From: Gemmatimonas sp.
Lineage (GTDB): Bacteria; Gemmatimonadota; Gemmatimonadetes; Gemmatimonadales; Gemmatimonadaceae
Reading direction: 5' to 3'
Assembly (NCBI GenBank): GCA_031414535.1
Contig: JANNVQ010000019.1
Span: forward strand, 1 to 38,372
DNA length: 38,372 nucleotides
The number at the start of each line of letters is the position of its first letter. The stretch's first letter is position 1. Positions 25,675-34,609 of the stretch are shown here, one piece after another. The notes below the pieces were generated by a model. That model had not been told where the DNA came from. It saw only the letters and a list, made by a program, of their open reading frames with translations, and made no database searches. The position numbers and the translations under genes were made by a program.

Positions 25675-26523
25675 CTAGTTAGGTCCCGAAGGGTCTAGGT
25701 CGGAGAACGCCTCAAAGATGGCTGCCGCGGTTTCCTTGGGATGACTGACGTGCGGCATATGGCCGAGCGACGCGATGGTGCGCAAAGTGCTTCGTGGGAG
25801 CGTCCGATGGAGATACTCCGCCACGGCAGCCGGGACGATCGCATCGAAGGCACAATGCAGAATCGCACTCGGTACCGGCATCAGCGGAAGCAGCTCACGC
25901 GAATCTTCCTTGAAGGTGACTTCGGCAAATCGGCGCGCGATCTCGGGGTCGTTGGCGCAAAACGTCTGCGAGAGCGAGCGGGCGAGCTCGGGCCGATCGG
26001 GATTGGACATCGCGACGGGCGCGAAGAATTCAGTCCATCCGACAAAGTTGCGGTCCATCATCTCGAGGATACCGTTGATCTCCTCAGCGGTAAAGCCACC
26101 ATTGTATTCGCTGCCCTCGTTCAAGTAGCACGGCGAGGGCCCGATCATCACGACTTGGCGGAACAATTCGGGTCTCGCGATGGCTGCGCGCAATCCAATC
26201 ATGCAGCTGACCGAGTGGGCGACGAGCGTGACGTCACGAAACCCAAAGGCATCGCAGATTTCTTCGATGTCCTGCGCATAACCTTGCATCGTGCTGTAAC
26301 GACGCGGGTCGTAGGCTGACACATCGCTCAAGCCAGAGCCGACATAATCAAACAGCACCACACGAAAATCGTTCTCGAACGCACCAATCACATCGTGCCA
26401 CAGCGTCTGGTCGCAGCCGAACCCGTGCGCGAAGAGCAGCACCGGTCCGTCTACCCCGCGCACCACGACGTGGTTTCGGCGTTCGATGACGAGCCGCTGG
26501 GACTCGTGTGAGGCAACCATCAT
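25675..26523 (-). CDS. rsbQ: RsbQ/KAI2-like alpha/beta hydrolase
   Basis: RNHV.V.G, FAHGFGCDQ..W, FDYVGSG.SD, RYS...GYA.D, AHSVS (nucleophile Ser), PSPCYLN, Y.GGF, D(AIVP), GHMPH. Start is ATG 26523 or 26520. Confidence 0.9.
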   Translation of the reverse strand: MMVASHESQRLVIERRNHVVVRGVDGPVLLFAHGFGCDQTLWHDVIGAFENDFRVVLFDYVGSGLSDVSAYDPRRYSTMQGYAQDIEEICDAFGFRDVTLVAHSVSCMIGLRAAIARPELFRQVVMIGPSPCYLNEGSEYNGGFTAEEINGILEMMDRNFVGWTEFFAPVAMSNPDRPELARSLSQTFCANDPEIARRFAEVTFKEDSRELLPLMPVPSAILHCAFDAIVPAAVAEYLHRTLPRSTLRTIASLGHMPHVSHPKETAAAIFEAFSDLDPSGPN

Positions 26524-26581
26524 TGGCCGAGGTGCTATAAGAGGAAAACGGTGAACCACACCGTAAAGGTAGTCTACGTGC

Positions 26582-27910
26582 CTAGCCTGTGGTCGCGACC
26601 TCCTTGGGCACCATCGACGCATCCCAGACTCCCTCGCTCTTGGCCACGAACAGCGTAGACGAGATGTCCGACGACACGTTCACGACCGTGCGCGTCATGT
26701 CGAGGATGCGGTCCACGCCGAGCACAATGGCGATGCCCTCGCCCGGCACGCCCATCATCGTGAGGATACCGACGAGAAGCGGAATGCTGCCCCCCGGCAC
26801 GCCCGCCGCACCGATGGCTGTGATTACGGACATGATGATGACGATGATCATCCCACCAAGGCTCAGTTCTACGCCAAACACTTGGCAGAGGAAAATGACC
26901 GTAATGCCCTCGAAGATGCTCGTGCCGTTCATGCACATGGTGGAGCCGAGCGGCAGAACGAAGCCGGCAATCTTTGGCGGAACGCCGAGACCGTTCTCGG
27001 CCGCGTTCAGCGCGGTCGGGAGTGTCGCCGAGCTGGAGCTGGTGGAGAAGGCCGTAATCATCGCACTCTTGATGCGCGAGAAATACAGCAGCGGGTTGAT
27101 GCCAATAATGAAGCGAAGGATGAGCGACAAGTTCACGAACATGTGAAAGAGCAGGGCGCCCATCACCACCAGGACATAACTGCTCAGCGGCTTGAGTAGC
27201 GCGAAGCCAAATCTGCTCGTGACGCCAAAGATCAGGCCGGCCACGCCATAGGGCGCAATCTTCATGGCCATCCCGACAATCTGGATGACCACGTCGTTCA
27301 AGGACTCGAGGAACTTGATCATCGGCTCGGCGCGCTCGGGCTTGAGCTGGGTGAGCGCAGCGCCGAATACGAGACCGAAGAAGATGATGCCGAGCATGTC
27401 GGTATCAACGGCCGACTTCACCGGATTGCGAGTGACGATGTTGACGAACGTGTTGATGCCGAATCCGCCCGTCTCCTGGGCCTCAACCTTGCCCGCAGCG
27501 TCCTCCGCGTAGGTGGCGAGGAGCTCGCTCTTCACTTCTTCGGGCAGGCCCTCGCCTGGTTTGAACGTGCTGACGACGAACAAACCGAAAGTTGCCGCGA
27601 GAAATGTCGTGCCTAGGAAGTATCCAATCGCCTTCCCGCCAACCGCTCCGACCTTCTTGAGATCACCAAGTCCCGCAACGCCGAGCGTGATGCTGGCAAA
27701 CACTAACGGCATCACAATCATGAACAACATGCGGAGGAAAATCTGACCAATGGGACCGGCGAGGTAGGTGTTGACGAAAACCACGCCCCTGTGCGTGCCA
27801 CCCAAGCCGAGATTCGCCGCGATGCCCGCCGTTGCTCCAACAACCAGCGCCAGCAGAATTTTGGTGTGCAACTTCATGCCCGAACCGGCGTTACCAATTG
27901 ACTCGCTCAT
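26582..27910 (-). CDS. dicarboxylate/amino acid:cation symporter (DAACS, GltP-like)
   Basis: AFSTSSSSATLP, FVLPLG.T..MNGT, IGAAGVPGG, GVDRILDM.RT.VNV. Confidence 0.96.
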   Translation of the reverse strand: MSESIGNAGSGMKLHTKILLALVVGATAGIAANLGLGGTHRGVVFVNTYLAGPIGQIFLRMLFMIVMPLVFASITLGVAGLGDLKKVGAVGGKAIGYFLGTTFLAATFGLFVVSTFKPGEGLPEEVKSELLATYAEDAAGKVEAQETGGFGINTFVNIVTRNPVKSAVDTDMLGIIFFGLVFGAALTQLKPERAEPMIKFLESLNDVVIQIVGMAMKIAPYGVAGLIFGVTSRFGFALLKPLSSYVLVVMGALLFHMFVNLSLILRFIIGINPLLYFSRIKSAMITAFSTSSSSATLPTALNAAENGLGVPPKIAGFVLPLGSTMCMNGTSIFEGITVIFLCQVFGVELSLGGMIIVIIMSVITAIGAAGVPGGSIPLLVGILTMMGVPGEGIAIVLGVDRILDMTRTVVNVSSDISSTLFVAKSEGVWDASMVPKEVATTG

Positions 27911-29460
27911 AGATTTTCCTTGCCGTCGTCATCAAAGGAGCGCGGCGGCAGTCCGCGGCGCAGCGTGGAGTTCTTGTAGCCGTATACGACATAGATGGCC
28001 AAACCGATGAGCAACCAGATGCCAAAGCCCTTCCACGCGGCCATCGGGAGGCCCTTCATCACGAACAAACAGGCGGCAGCACCGCCAAGTCCGACCAGCC
28101 AAACCGCCGGCACCTTAAACGGACGCGGACGGTCCGGTTCAATCACACGCAGCACCAACACGCCCACGCACACGAGCACAAAGGCGAAGAGCGTGCCGAT
28201 GTTCGTCAGGTCATACGTGGCGGCATCGTCAGCGACGAGGGCCGAGCACGCCACCAGCAAGCCGGTGATGATCGTGGTGACGTGCGGCGTCTTGTACTTG
28301 GGATGCAGCTTGGCCGCGAACTTGGGCAGCAGACCGTCACGCGCCATGGCAAAGAAGATGCGCGGTTGGCCGTACTGGAACACCAGCAACACCGCGCTCA
28401 TTGAGACCACCGCACCAGCGGCGATGATCCAGCTGAACTGCGTGAGCCCGGCGACTTCAAACGCGTGTGCCAGCGGATCGGAACTCTTGAGTTGCGCGTA
28501 GGGCACGAGGCCCGTCGCCACAGCACCGACAATCACATAGATCGCCGTGCAGATTCCCAAACCAATCAGGATGCCGCGCGGCATCGTGCGCTGCGGATCC
28601 TTCGTTTCTTCAGCGGCCGTCGAGATGGCGTCGAATCCGATGTAGGCGAAGAACACAATCGCCGCGCCCTGATGGATGCCGCGGAATCCGTTGGGAGCAA
28701 AGGGCGTGTAGTTGGCGGGATCGATGTGCATCGAGCCCACAATCACGAACAGCGCGAGCACCGCCAACTTCAGCATCACCATCCAGTTGTTGACCCGCGT
28801 GCTTTCCTTCACGCCAATCACCAGCAACCACGTGATGGCCATGACAATCAGGAAGGCGGGCACGTTGATCAGGATCGGCATACCGGCGATCTGCGGCGCG
28901 GTGTCGAGGAGCGCGAGCACTTCCGGATTCGTGCTCGCCTTGGCTTGGAAGTAGCCGTGCGTGAGCCAGCCTGGTATATGCACAAAAGGCGAGATGAGCG
29001 AGTCGAAGTATCCGCTCCAGGCAATCGCCACCGCCACGTTGCCCACCGCGTACTCAAGAATCAAATCCCAGCCAATGATCCAAGCGATGAGTTCGCCGAG
29101 CGACGCATACGAATACGCGTACGCCGAACCGGCCTGGGGAATCATCGACGCGAGTTCGGCGTAGCAGAGCGCACAGAGCGCGCACACCGCGCCGAGCAAC
29201 AAAAACGAGATGATGAGCGCTGGACCGGCGGCGTAGCGGACCACCTCGCCGGCGGCGTTCGTCTCGCCAGCGGCAGCCGTACCGAGCGTCGAAAAAATAC
29301 CCGCCCCAATCACCGCACCGATGGAGAGGCTGACGAGGTCTCGAGTACCGAGCGTGCGTTTCATCCCGCGGTTTTCGCTTTCGGGGACGAGCTCGGCGAT
29401 GGGCTTTCGGGACCAGAGGGAGCCGAAGCCGGTGACTGCCTTCAGGGGGGAGCTGGGCAT
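27907..29460 (-). CDS. APC-family amino acid permease (CAT-like)
   Basis: IGAVIGAGIF, ALCYAELASMIP.AGSAY.YSY, WIIGWDLILEY, FFAYIGFDAIST.AEE, MARDGLLP. The upstream ORF extension is repeat DNA. Confidence 0.95.
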   Translation of the reverse strand: MPSSPLKAVTGFGSLWSRKPIAELVPESENRGMKRTLGTRDLVSLSIGAVIGAGIFSTLGTAAAGETNAAGEVVRYAAGPALIISFLLLGAVCALCALCYAELASMIPQAGSAYAYSYASLGELIAWIIGWDLILEYAVGNVAVAIAWSGYFDSLISPFVHIPGWLTHGYFQAKASTNPEVLALLDTAPQIAGMPILINVPAFLIVMAITWLLVIGVKESTRVNNWMVMLKLAVLALFVIVGSMHIDPANYTPFAPNGFRGIHQGAAIVFFAYIGFDAISTAAEETKDPQRTMPRGILIGLGICTAIYVIVGAVATGLVPYAQLKSSDPLAHAFEVAGLTQFSWIIAAGAVVSMSAVLLVFQYGQPRIFFAMARDGLLPKFAAKLHPKYKTPHVTTIITGLLVACSALVADDAATYDLTNIGTLFAFVLVCVGVLVLRVIEPDRPRPFKVPAVWLVGLGGAAACLFVMKGLPMAAWKGFGIWLLIGLAIYVVYGYKNSTLRRGLPPRSFDDDGKENL

Positions 29461-29494
29461 CGCGGAAAGTACGGCCGCAAGACCGCGGGGAGAA

Positions 29495-29660
29495 GTGCGA
29501 GGAGCGAAGAGCGAACAGCGAAAAGCGAGGCTGAAAGAGCGATACGCCGAAGGGTCGAGGGGCCGAAGGTTCAAGTCCTCTCCTTCCACCCTTCGGACCT
29601 TCACCCCTCGCTCTTCGTTACTTCGCTCTTCTCTTTCGCTTTTCGCTCCTCGCTCTTCGC
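29495..29660. repeat. nested inverted-repeat element built from GAGCGAA heptamers (outer) and CCGAAGG-like units (inner)
   Basis: 29504-29529 matches the reverse complement of 29635-29660 at 23/26 positions. Inner GAAGG units (29547-29574) face CCTTC units (29582-29606). Confidence 0.85.
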
Positions 29661-29665
29661 CGTTC

Positions 29666-30508
29666 CTACGGCGCTTCTGCGGTGATCGTCGCCGTATCCC
29701 GCACCGGCGTCCCATCCGCCCTCGTGGCCGGCCTGAAGCGAACTTCAGCGAGCATCTCGCGAATCTTGGCGTTGTAGCCGCGGTCCCGCGATGGATTGAA
29801 GCCGATTAGCCTAGAGTTGCCCCGCTCATCCACCTCGAACTGGGCTACCATGCGGTAGGGGCGCACACGATTCGGCACCGGAATCGGCAGGATGGCCATG
29901 TTGGTCACCGTGGGCGGAAAAATCTGATCATTGCCCCCGCCGGTACCCGCGCCGACACCGCTGCCCCTGCCCGTCCCGATGCCACTCCCCACGCCGCCAC
30001 CGCTGCCGCTCCCGTTGCCGCTGGAGCCGTCCCGGCCGCTCCCCCCACCCGTGCCCGCCGTCGCGCTCACAGCGGGGCTGGAAGCTGGCGCGGCCACCTG
30101 TGGCTGCGCCGCCTGAGGCTCCGGAACGGGCTCAGGCGGCGGTGTGGGTGCTGGGGTCGGGGTCGGTTTGACCGGAGGTGTCGGCGTGGGTGTGCCCACC
30201 GGAGTCTCGACCTGCAGGTAGCGGATTCGTTCGGGGACGATGGCGCCGCCAGTTCCACCCGAGCCTCCCCCGCCTCCGCCGGCCGCGCCCGCGCCCCCCG
30301 CACCGCCTGGCGCCTGCTCCTCGAGAATCTTCCCCACTAGCGGAGGGAGTATCAGCGCGAGGATGATCAGCGCGTGCAGCAACCCCGACACCAGCCAGCC
30401 CGCGCCAGTGCGGCGCTCCGGATCCGGGATCCCATGCAGGGGTCGGAGCGGGCGCTTCGGCTTTTCGGGCTCTGGCTCTGGGAAAGGTTGGATCTGGGCC
30501 ACGGTCAC
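29666..30508 (-). CDS. TonB-like protein (TM anchor, Gly/Pro-rich linker, TonB_C-like end)
   Basis: TM WLVSGLLHALII (S-x3-H), long Gly and Pro tracts, F.VDE.G...F.PA..DG.PV. Start GTG 30508 or 30502 is uncertain. Confidence 0.75.
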   Translation of the reverse strand: MTVAQIQPFPEPEPEKPKRPLRPLHGIPDPERRTGAGWLVSGLLHALIILALILPPLVGKILEEQAPGGAGGAGAAGGGGGGSGGTGGAIVPERIRYLQVETPVGTPTPTPPVKPTPTPAPTPPPEPVPEPQAAQPQVAAPASSPAVSATAGTGGGSGRDGSSGNGSGSGGGVGSGIGTGRGSGVGAGTGGGNDQIFPPTVTNMAILPIPVPNRVRPYRMVAQFEVDERGNSRLIGFNPSRDRGYNAKIREMLAEVRFRPATRADGTPVRDTATITAEAP

Positions 30509-30517
30509 AAGAAATGA

Positions 30518-30553
30518 TACGGCGGGCGAGCCCCGAAAGGTTCGCCCGCCGTA
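30518..30553 (-). terminator. hairpin after exbD, probable terminator
   Basis: TACGGCGGGCGA...TCGCCCGCCGTA 12-bp perfect stem with a weak U tract. Confidence 0.6.
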
Positions 30554-30571
30554 AACAAACACCGGAGGAAC

Positions 30572-30988
30572 TTACTTCGTTTCGCGCGGCGGGATGCCGA
30601 TGACCTTTACCCCAGCACCGCGGGCAATGTCCATCGCGGAAATCACGTCCTGATAAATCACCTTATCATCGCCCTTCAAGAAGATGATCTTGTCCGGACG
30701 GTTGGCGTACACCTCAATCAGACGCGCCGACAAAGTCTCCTTTGTGAGCGGTTCGCGATTGAGCGCGAAACTTCCATCCGCCAGCACTTCCAACACAATC
30801 TGGTCTGATGCCTGATTGGCCGTGACCACTGAGGGACTGGGCTCCGGCAACTGCAGGTCCACAGCCTTTCGCATCATCGGCTGCATGATCATAAAGATGA
30901 TCAGTAGCACGAGCATGATGTCAATCATTGGCACGACGTTCGGCTCGTTGTTCAGCGACGAACCGCCCCCACCGACGCTCATTCCCAT
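30572..30988 (-). CDS. exbD: ExbD/TolR family protein
   Basis: NVVPMIDIMLVLLIIFM, LP, KGD..V.Y..V...MD....AG. Confidence 0.93.
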   Translation of the reverse strand: MGMSVGGGGSSLNNEPNVVPMIDIMLVLLIIFMIMQPMMRKAVDLQLPEPSPSVVTANQASDQIVLEVLADGSFALNREPLTKETLSARLIEVYANRPDKIIFLKGDDKVIYQDVISAMDIARGAGVKVIGIPPRETK

Positions 30989-31000
30989 CGTTCGCTCCGG

Positions 31001-31462
31001 TTAGGGTGTGTCAGGCTTTGCTTCGTCGCCCGCCACGGTGGACACCGTGCCAGGGACCTGATCCGTGATCGCGCCCACCATACGGACACCGTTCTTCGAG
31101 GCGATATCCATGGCCTCGAGGATCTTGCCGTACTCCAGTTCCTTGTGCGCCTTCACATACAGAATCTGGTCAATCGTGCGAGCCGAGTAGATGGCCTGCA
31201 GGCGGCTTGGCAACGCCTCGTTGGCAATCTGTTCCTTGTTGAGGAAGTAGTTGCCGAACTTGTCGATGCCCAGTACCTGATCCTCATCCGCTTCCGGATG
31301 CGACTTCAGGTTGATGCCGCTGGGCGGCTCTGCCGTGAAGCCGGCGGCAATCGCCGGCGTCACGACCATGAAGATGATGAGCAGCACCAACATCACGTCG
31401 ATCATAGGGACGACATTCGGCTCAGCCTTAACGCCGCCCCCGGTGCTCACTGACATACCCAT
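31001..31462 (-). CDS. exbD: ExbD/TolR family protein
   Basis: NVVPMIDVMLVLLIIFMV.TP; AAGGAGG SD. Confidence 0.93.
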   Translation of the reverse strand: MGMSVSTGGGVKAEPNVVPMIDVMLVLLIIFMVVTPAIAAGFTAEPPSGINLKSHPEADEDQVLGIDKFGNYFLNKEQIANEALPSRLQAIYSARTIDQILYVKAHKELEYGKILEAMDIASKNGVRMVGAITDQVPGTVSTVAGDEAKPDTP

Positions 31463-31491
31463 CGATGTACCCTCCTTAGGCGGTCAGCGAC

Positions 31492-32232
31492 TTACTGCGA
31501 GATCGGAGCAGAACCCTTCTGGGCCGCGGTGTTGAACTCGCGGGTGAAGCGGCTACGGCCGAACTCACCAGACACGCCCTTGATCAGGTAATCAATCATC
31601 TCCTTGGAGACGTAAGTCATCTCGGCGGTGAGGTTGTCGATCTTGGTCTGGAAGTAGTTGAAGAACCACACGGCCGGGATGGCGACCAGGAGGCCGAAGC
31701 CCGTGGCGATGAGCGCCTCGGCGATACCGACCGTGATGGCGGCGATGCCGGTGGAGCCAGACGAGCCCATGGCGGCGAAGGCGTTGATGATGCCGAACAC
31801 GGTGCCGAGCAGACCGACGAACGGCGAGGTCGAACCCACCGTCGCGAGAATGGCCAAGCCGCGCTTCAGCGCAACAATCTCGACGAGCATGTTGCGCTCG
31901 ATGGCGCGCTCAGCGGAGTTGATGTCAGACACGGTGACCGAGCCGTCCATGATGAGCGGCTTGACTTCGTCAAGCGCGCCGCCGAGGACGCGGGCCACGT
32001 GCGACTTCTTGTAGGTCTGCGCGAGGTTGATCGCTTCCGTGAGGTTGTCTTCCTCGAGGAACTGCGAGAACTCCGGAGCGAACTTCAAGGTCTCCTTCTG
32101 CGCCTTGCGGAGATTCCACCACTTGCCGAACGCGGTCGAGAGCGACCAGAGGGACATGATGGCGAGCACGAGCCAAATGCCCTTGGCGAATGGCGGGCTG
32201 TGCGTCCAGATGTAGCCGATGGACATGTTCAT
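31492..32232 (-). CDS. exbB: MotA/TolQ/ExbB proton channel
   Basis: LATVGSTSPFVGLLGTVFGII.AF, GIAEALIAT..GL.VAIPA. Confidence 0.95.
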   Translation of the reverse strand: MNMSIGYIWTHSPPFAKGIWLVLAIMSLWSLSTAFGKWWNLRKAQKETLKFAPEFSQFLEEDNLTEAINLAQTYKKSHVARVLGGALDEVKPLIMDGSVTVSDINSAERAIERNMLVEIVALKRGLAILATVGSTSPFVGLLGTVFGIINAFAAMGSSGSTGIAAITVGIAEALIATGFGLLVAIPAVWFFNYFQTKIDNLTAEMTYVSKEMIDYLIKGVSGEFGRSRFTREFNTAAQKGSAPISQ

Positions 32233-32268
32233 TGCTGAAATCTCCTGGAGGTCGTGAAGGGGTGGGTA

Positions 32269-32979
32269 TTAACGTGCGAGATTGAAAACGAAGGGCTGCT
32301 GTACGAGCTGCTTCACGCGGCGTCCGCCAACTTCGGCCGGCAAGAAGCGCATGTTGGGAAGCGAGCTGCGGACGGCCTGTTCAAAAAGAGCGTGCGACGA
32401 GCGGAGGACGCGGAAGGACGCGACTTCGACGCGGCCGAGCGTGTCCACGACGAACTGAGCGAGTACTTCACCCTCGACGCCGCCGGAGCGGAGAATGTCG
32501 GGGTAACGCGGGCCCGGTGAACCTGGCGCAGACGCAGCCGGCTTTTCCACCTGGAAGTCGAAGTAGGGCTGGTCAGTCTGCACCGGACCGGTCCCACCTG
32601 CGACACCAGCGGCCACACCACCGGCCACGCCACGGCCCGAGAAGTCGTCTTCGTTGGTGATCGCCTTAGACAGGTCAATCTCCGGGATGACGTCCGGGAT
32701 GTTGACGGGAGCGGAGAGCACTTGGAAGCCCTTCGGCGGCGGCGGCGCCACCACAACGTCTGGTGGCGGCGGGGCATCCGGCTCTGGTGGCGGCGGCTCG
32801 TCCTTCTTCACTTCGACGAAGTCCACCTTCTGGACGACTTCTTCCTCTTCTTCCATTCCAGCGTTCGCCGTAGCGAAGATGGAGGCCGCGATGATGGCGA
32901 CGTGGAAGATCGTCGAGACCGTGCTGGCCCCGAGGGCCCTGTTCTTCTGCGGCTTCGACTCAATCAGGTTGTTGAACAC
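32269..32979 (-). CDS. tonB: energy transducer TonB
   Basis: TM STIFH (S-x3-H), Pro-rich linker, YP..LR..GVEG.V..QFVVD..G.V, F.PA...G..V. GTG at 32979 chosen as start. Confidence 0.92.
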   Translation of the reverse strand: MFNNLIESKPQKNRALGASTVSTIFHVAIIAASIFATANAGMEEEEEVVQKVDFVEVKKDEPPPPEPDAPPPPDVVVAPPPPKGFQVLSAPVNIPDVIPEIDLSKAITNEDDFSGRGVAGGVAAGVAGGTGPVQTDQPYFDFQVEKPAASAPGSPGPRYPDILRSGGVEGEVLAQFVVDTLGRVEVASFRVLRSSHALFEQAVRSSLPNMRFLPAEVGGRRVKQLVQQPFVFNLAR

Positions 32980-33063
32980 GCGTGCACCCCGTAGTACGTG
33001 AACGATCGCGTGATGACGCCGGACAATTCCGGACATCCACCGTGCATGAACGTACCCGCGACA

Positions 33064-33114
33064 GATTAGGACTGAAATCGGGGGAAGATTAAGATTCCCT
33101 TAATCGACGGTGAG
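33064..33114. promoter_or_regulatory. candidate response-regulator binding site upstream of tonB
   Basis: Perfect inverted repeat GATTAAG-5-CTTAATC (33087-33105). TTAA/TTAG-like cores recur at about 11-bp spacing in an AT-rich patch. Confidence 0.55.
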
Positions 33115-33144
33115 GATTCGTCACGGTCGAGGTCCGGTCGATTT

Positions 33145-34602
33145 TCAGCCCGACTTCACCGCCCCTTGCAGATGCACCGGTAGCTGCACGGTGAATGTGC
33201 TCCCGCGGCCGAGTCTGGAGCCCACGGCAATGAAGCCACCATGGGCGTGGGCAATCCATTGGGCGATGGCGAGCCCCAGGCCCACTCCTCCGCGCTCCCC
33301 CGTCCGCGATCGCACACGGTCTGCGCGCCAGAAACGGTCGAAGATGTACGGCAGGTCCGCCGCGGCGATGCCCACCCCCGTATCCTGGACCACGAAGGCC
33401 GCGTGGTCGCCACGGTCCTCAAGTGAGATGGTGACGTTGCCGTTCTTCTGCGTGTACTTCACGGCGTTCGTCACGAGGTTCAAGAAGAGCTGGCGCAGCC
33501 GCACGGCGTCGGCGTCCACCGTGATTGGATCCACGCGCTCCAACGTGATGCGCACGCCGCTGGCCTCGCCGAGAATCACGGCCGTTTCCATCACCTCGCG
33601 CACGACTGGTTCGAGGTTTAACGGCTCACGGTACAAATCGAAGCGCCCCTCATCGGCGCGCGCCAACGTGAGCAACGAGTCCACGAGGTCGGCCATGCGC
33701 GCCGTCTCAGCCAACGCCTCCTCGAGCGCGGGTAATTGATCATCGGCCACGTTAGGCGATTGCATGGTGCGCTCGATGTCCGCGCGCAGGACGGTCAAGG
33801 GCGTCTTCAGCTCGTGCGAGGCATCGGCGGTGAATCGTCTGAGCGCGGCGAACGAGCCCTCCAGGCGCGCCATCATCGCGTTCAGCGTATGCGAGAGGCG
33901 GTCAATCTCATTCTCTTCCGACTCGGCCGGCAGACGGCGATGCAATGAGCGGCCGTCCTGAATGGCTTCGAGGTCAGAGATTAAGCGCTCAACGGGGACG
34001 AGCGCTGAGCCGGCCAGCAACCAACTCACGAGGCCCGAGAGCACCAGAATGAGCGGCAGGATGATGAGAATCGTTGTGCGTAGCTGACTGTTGGTGAACG
34101 ACACGCCAGAGACCACTTCGCCGGCCACGACGCGCGCCACCGGGATGCGCCGCGACGGCGTCTCGAAGTGGGCGACGATGAACAGGTTGGCCGTGGAGTC
34201 CATGCGCACATTGGCCGCTGGTTGCTCGGGCGTGCGGCGGAAGACCGAGTTCACGAGCCGCGTGCGGTCTCCCATCGATAGTCGGTCCACCAACGCGTTG
34301 GCATAGAGCACCCGCGTGGAGTCGGTAATCACCACATAGCCGGGCAGCATGTCGAGCGAACGACGCAGGCCGGGCTCGAGCTTCTGCCCCACCAAGGAAT
34401 CTTCCGTGATCACCACGGAAATGCTCGCCGTACTCTGCTGCACGATGATGGACGCGAGGTCGGCCACGAGATCGGCGCGACGTTGCAAGGACCGCGTAGC
34501 TTCGGTCTGGGCAGCAGACCAGAGGATTGCCGCGAAAATCACGAGAGTGGCCGTGAGAGCCACCAAGTACGAGCCCGTGAGCCGCGTGCGAATCGAGGTC
34601 AC
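33145..34602 (-). CDS. membrane sensor histidine kinase with HAMP (CusS/QseC-like)
   Basis: 2 TM, HAMP (EIDRL..TLN.M..RLE), FTADASHELKTPL, NL..NAVKYT, DTG.GI, FDRF.R, G.GLGL. Confidence 0.96.
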   Translation of the reverse strand: MTSIRTRLTGSYLVALTATLVIFAAILWSAAQTEATRSLQRRADLVADLASIIVQQSTASISVVITEDSLVGQKLEPGLRRSLDMLPGYVVITDSTRVLYANALVDRLSMGDRTRLVNSVFRRTPEQPAANVRMDSTANLFIVAHFETPSRRIPVARVVAGEVVSGVSFTNSQLRTTILIILPLILVLSGLVSWLLAGSALVPVERLISDLEAIQDGRSLHRRLPAESEENEIDRLSHTLNAMMARLEGSFAALRRFTADASHELKTPLTVLRADIERTMQSPNVADDQLPALEEALAETARMADLVDSLLTLARADEGRFDLYREPLNLEPVVREVMETAVILGEASGVRITLERVDPITVDADAVRLRQLFLNLVTNAVKYTQKNGNVTISLEDRGDHAAFVVQDTGVGIAAADLPYIFDRFWRADRVRSRTGERGGVGLGLAIAQWIAHAHGGFIAVGSRLGRGSTFTVQLPVHLQGAVKSG

Positions 34603-34609
34603 GGCACGC

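Noticed and set aside
29461..29715. N-terminal extensions in the ORF track (also 36844-36987 and 16524-16571)
   Set aside because: They translate intergenic repeat DNA. Better starts with promoter-like boxes or family-typical N-termini lie downstream.
29931..30310. G/C-rich low-complexity tracts as a DNA repeat element
   Set aside because: Explained by the Gly/Pro linker of the TonB-like protein.
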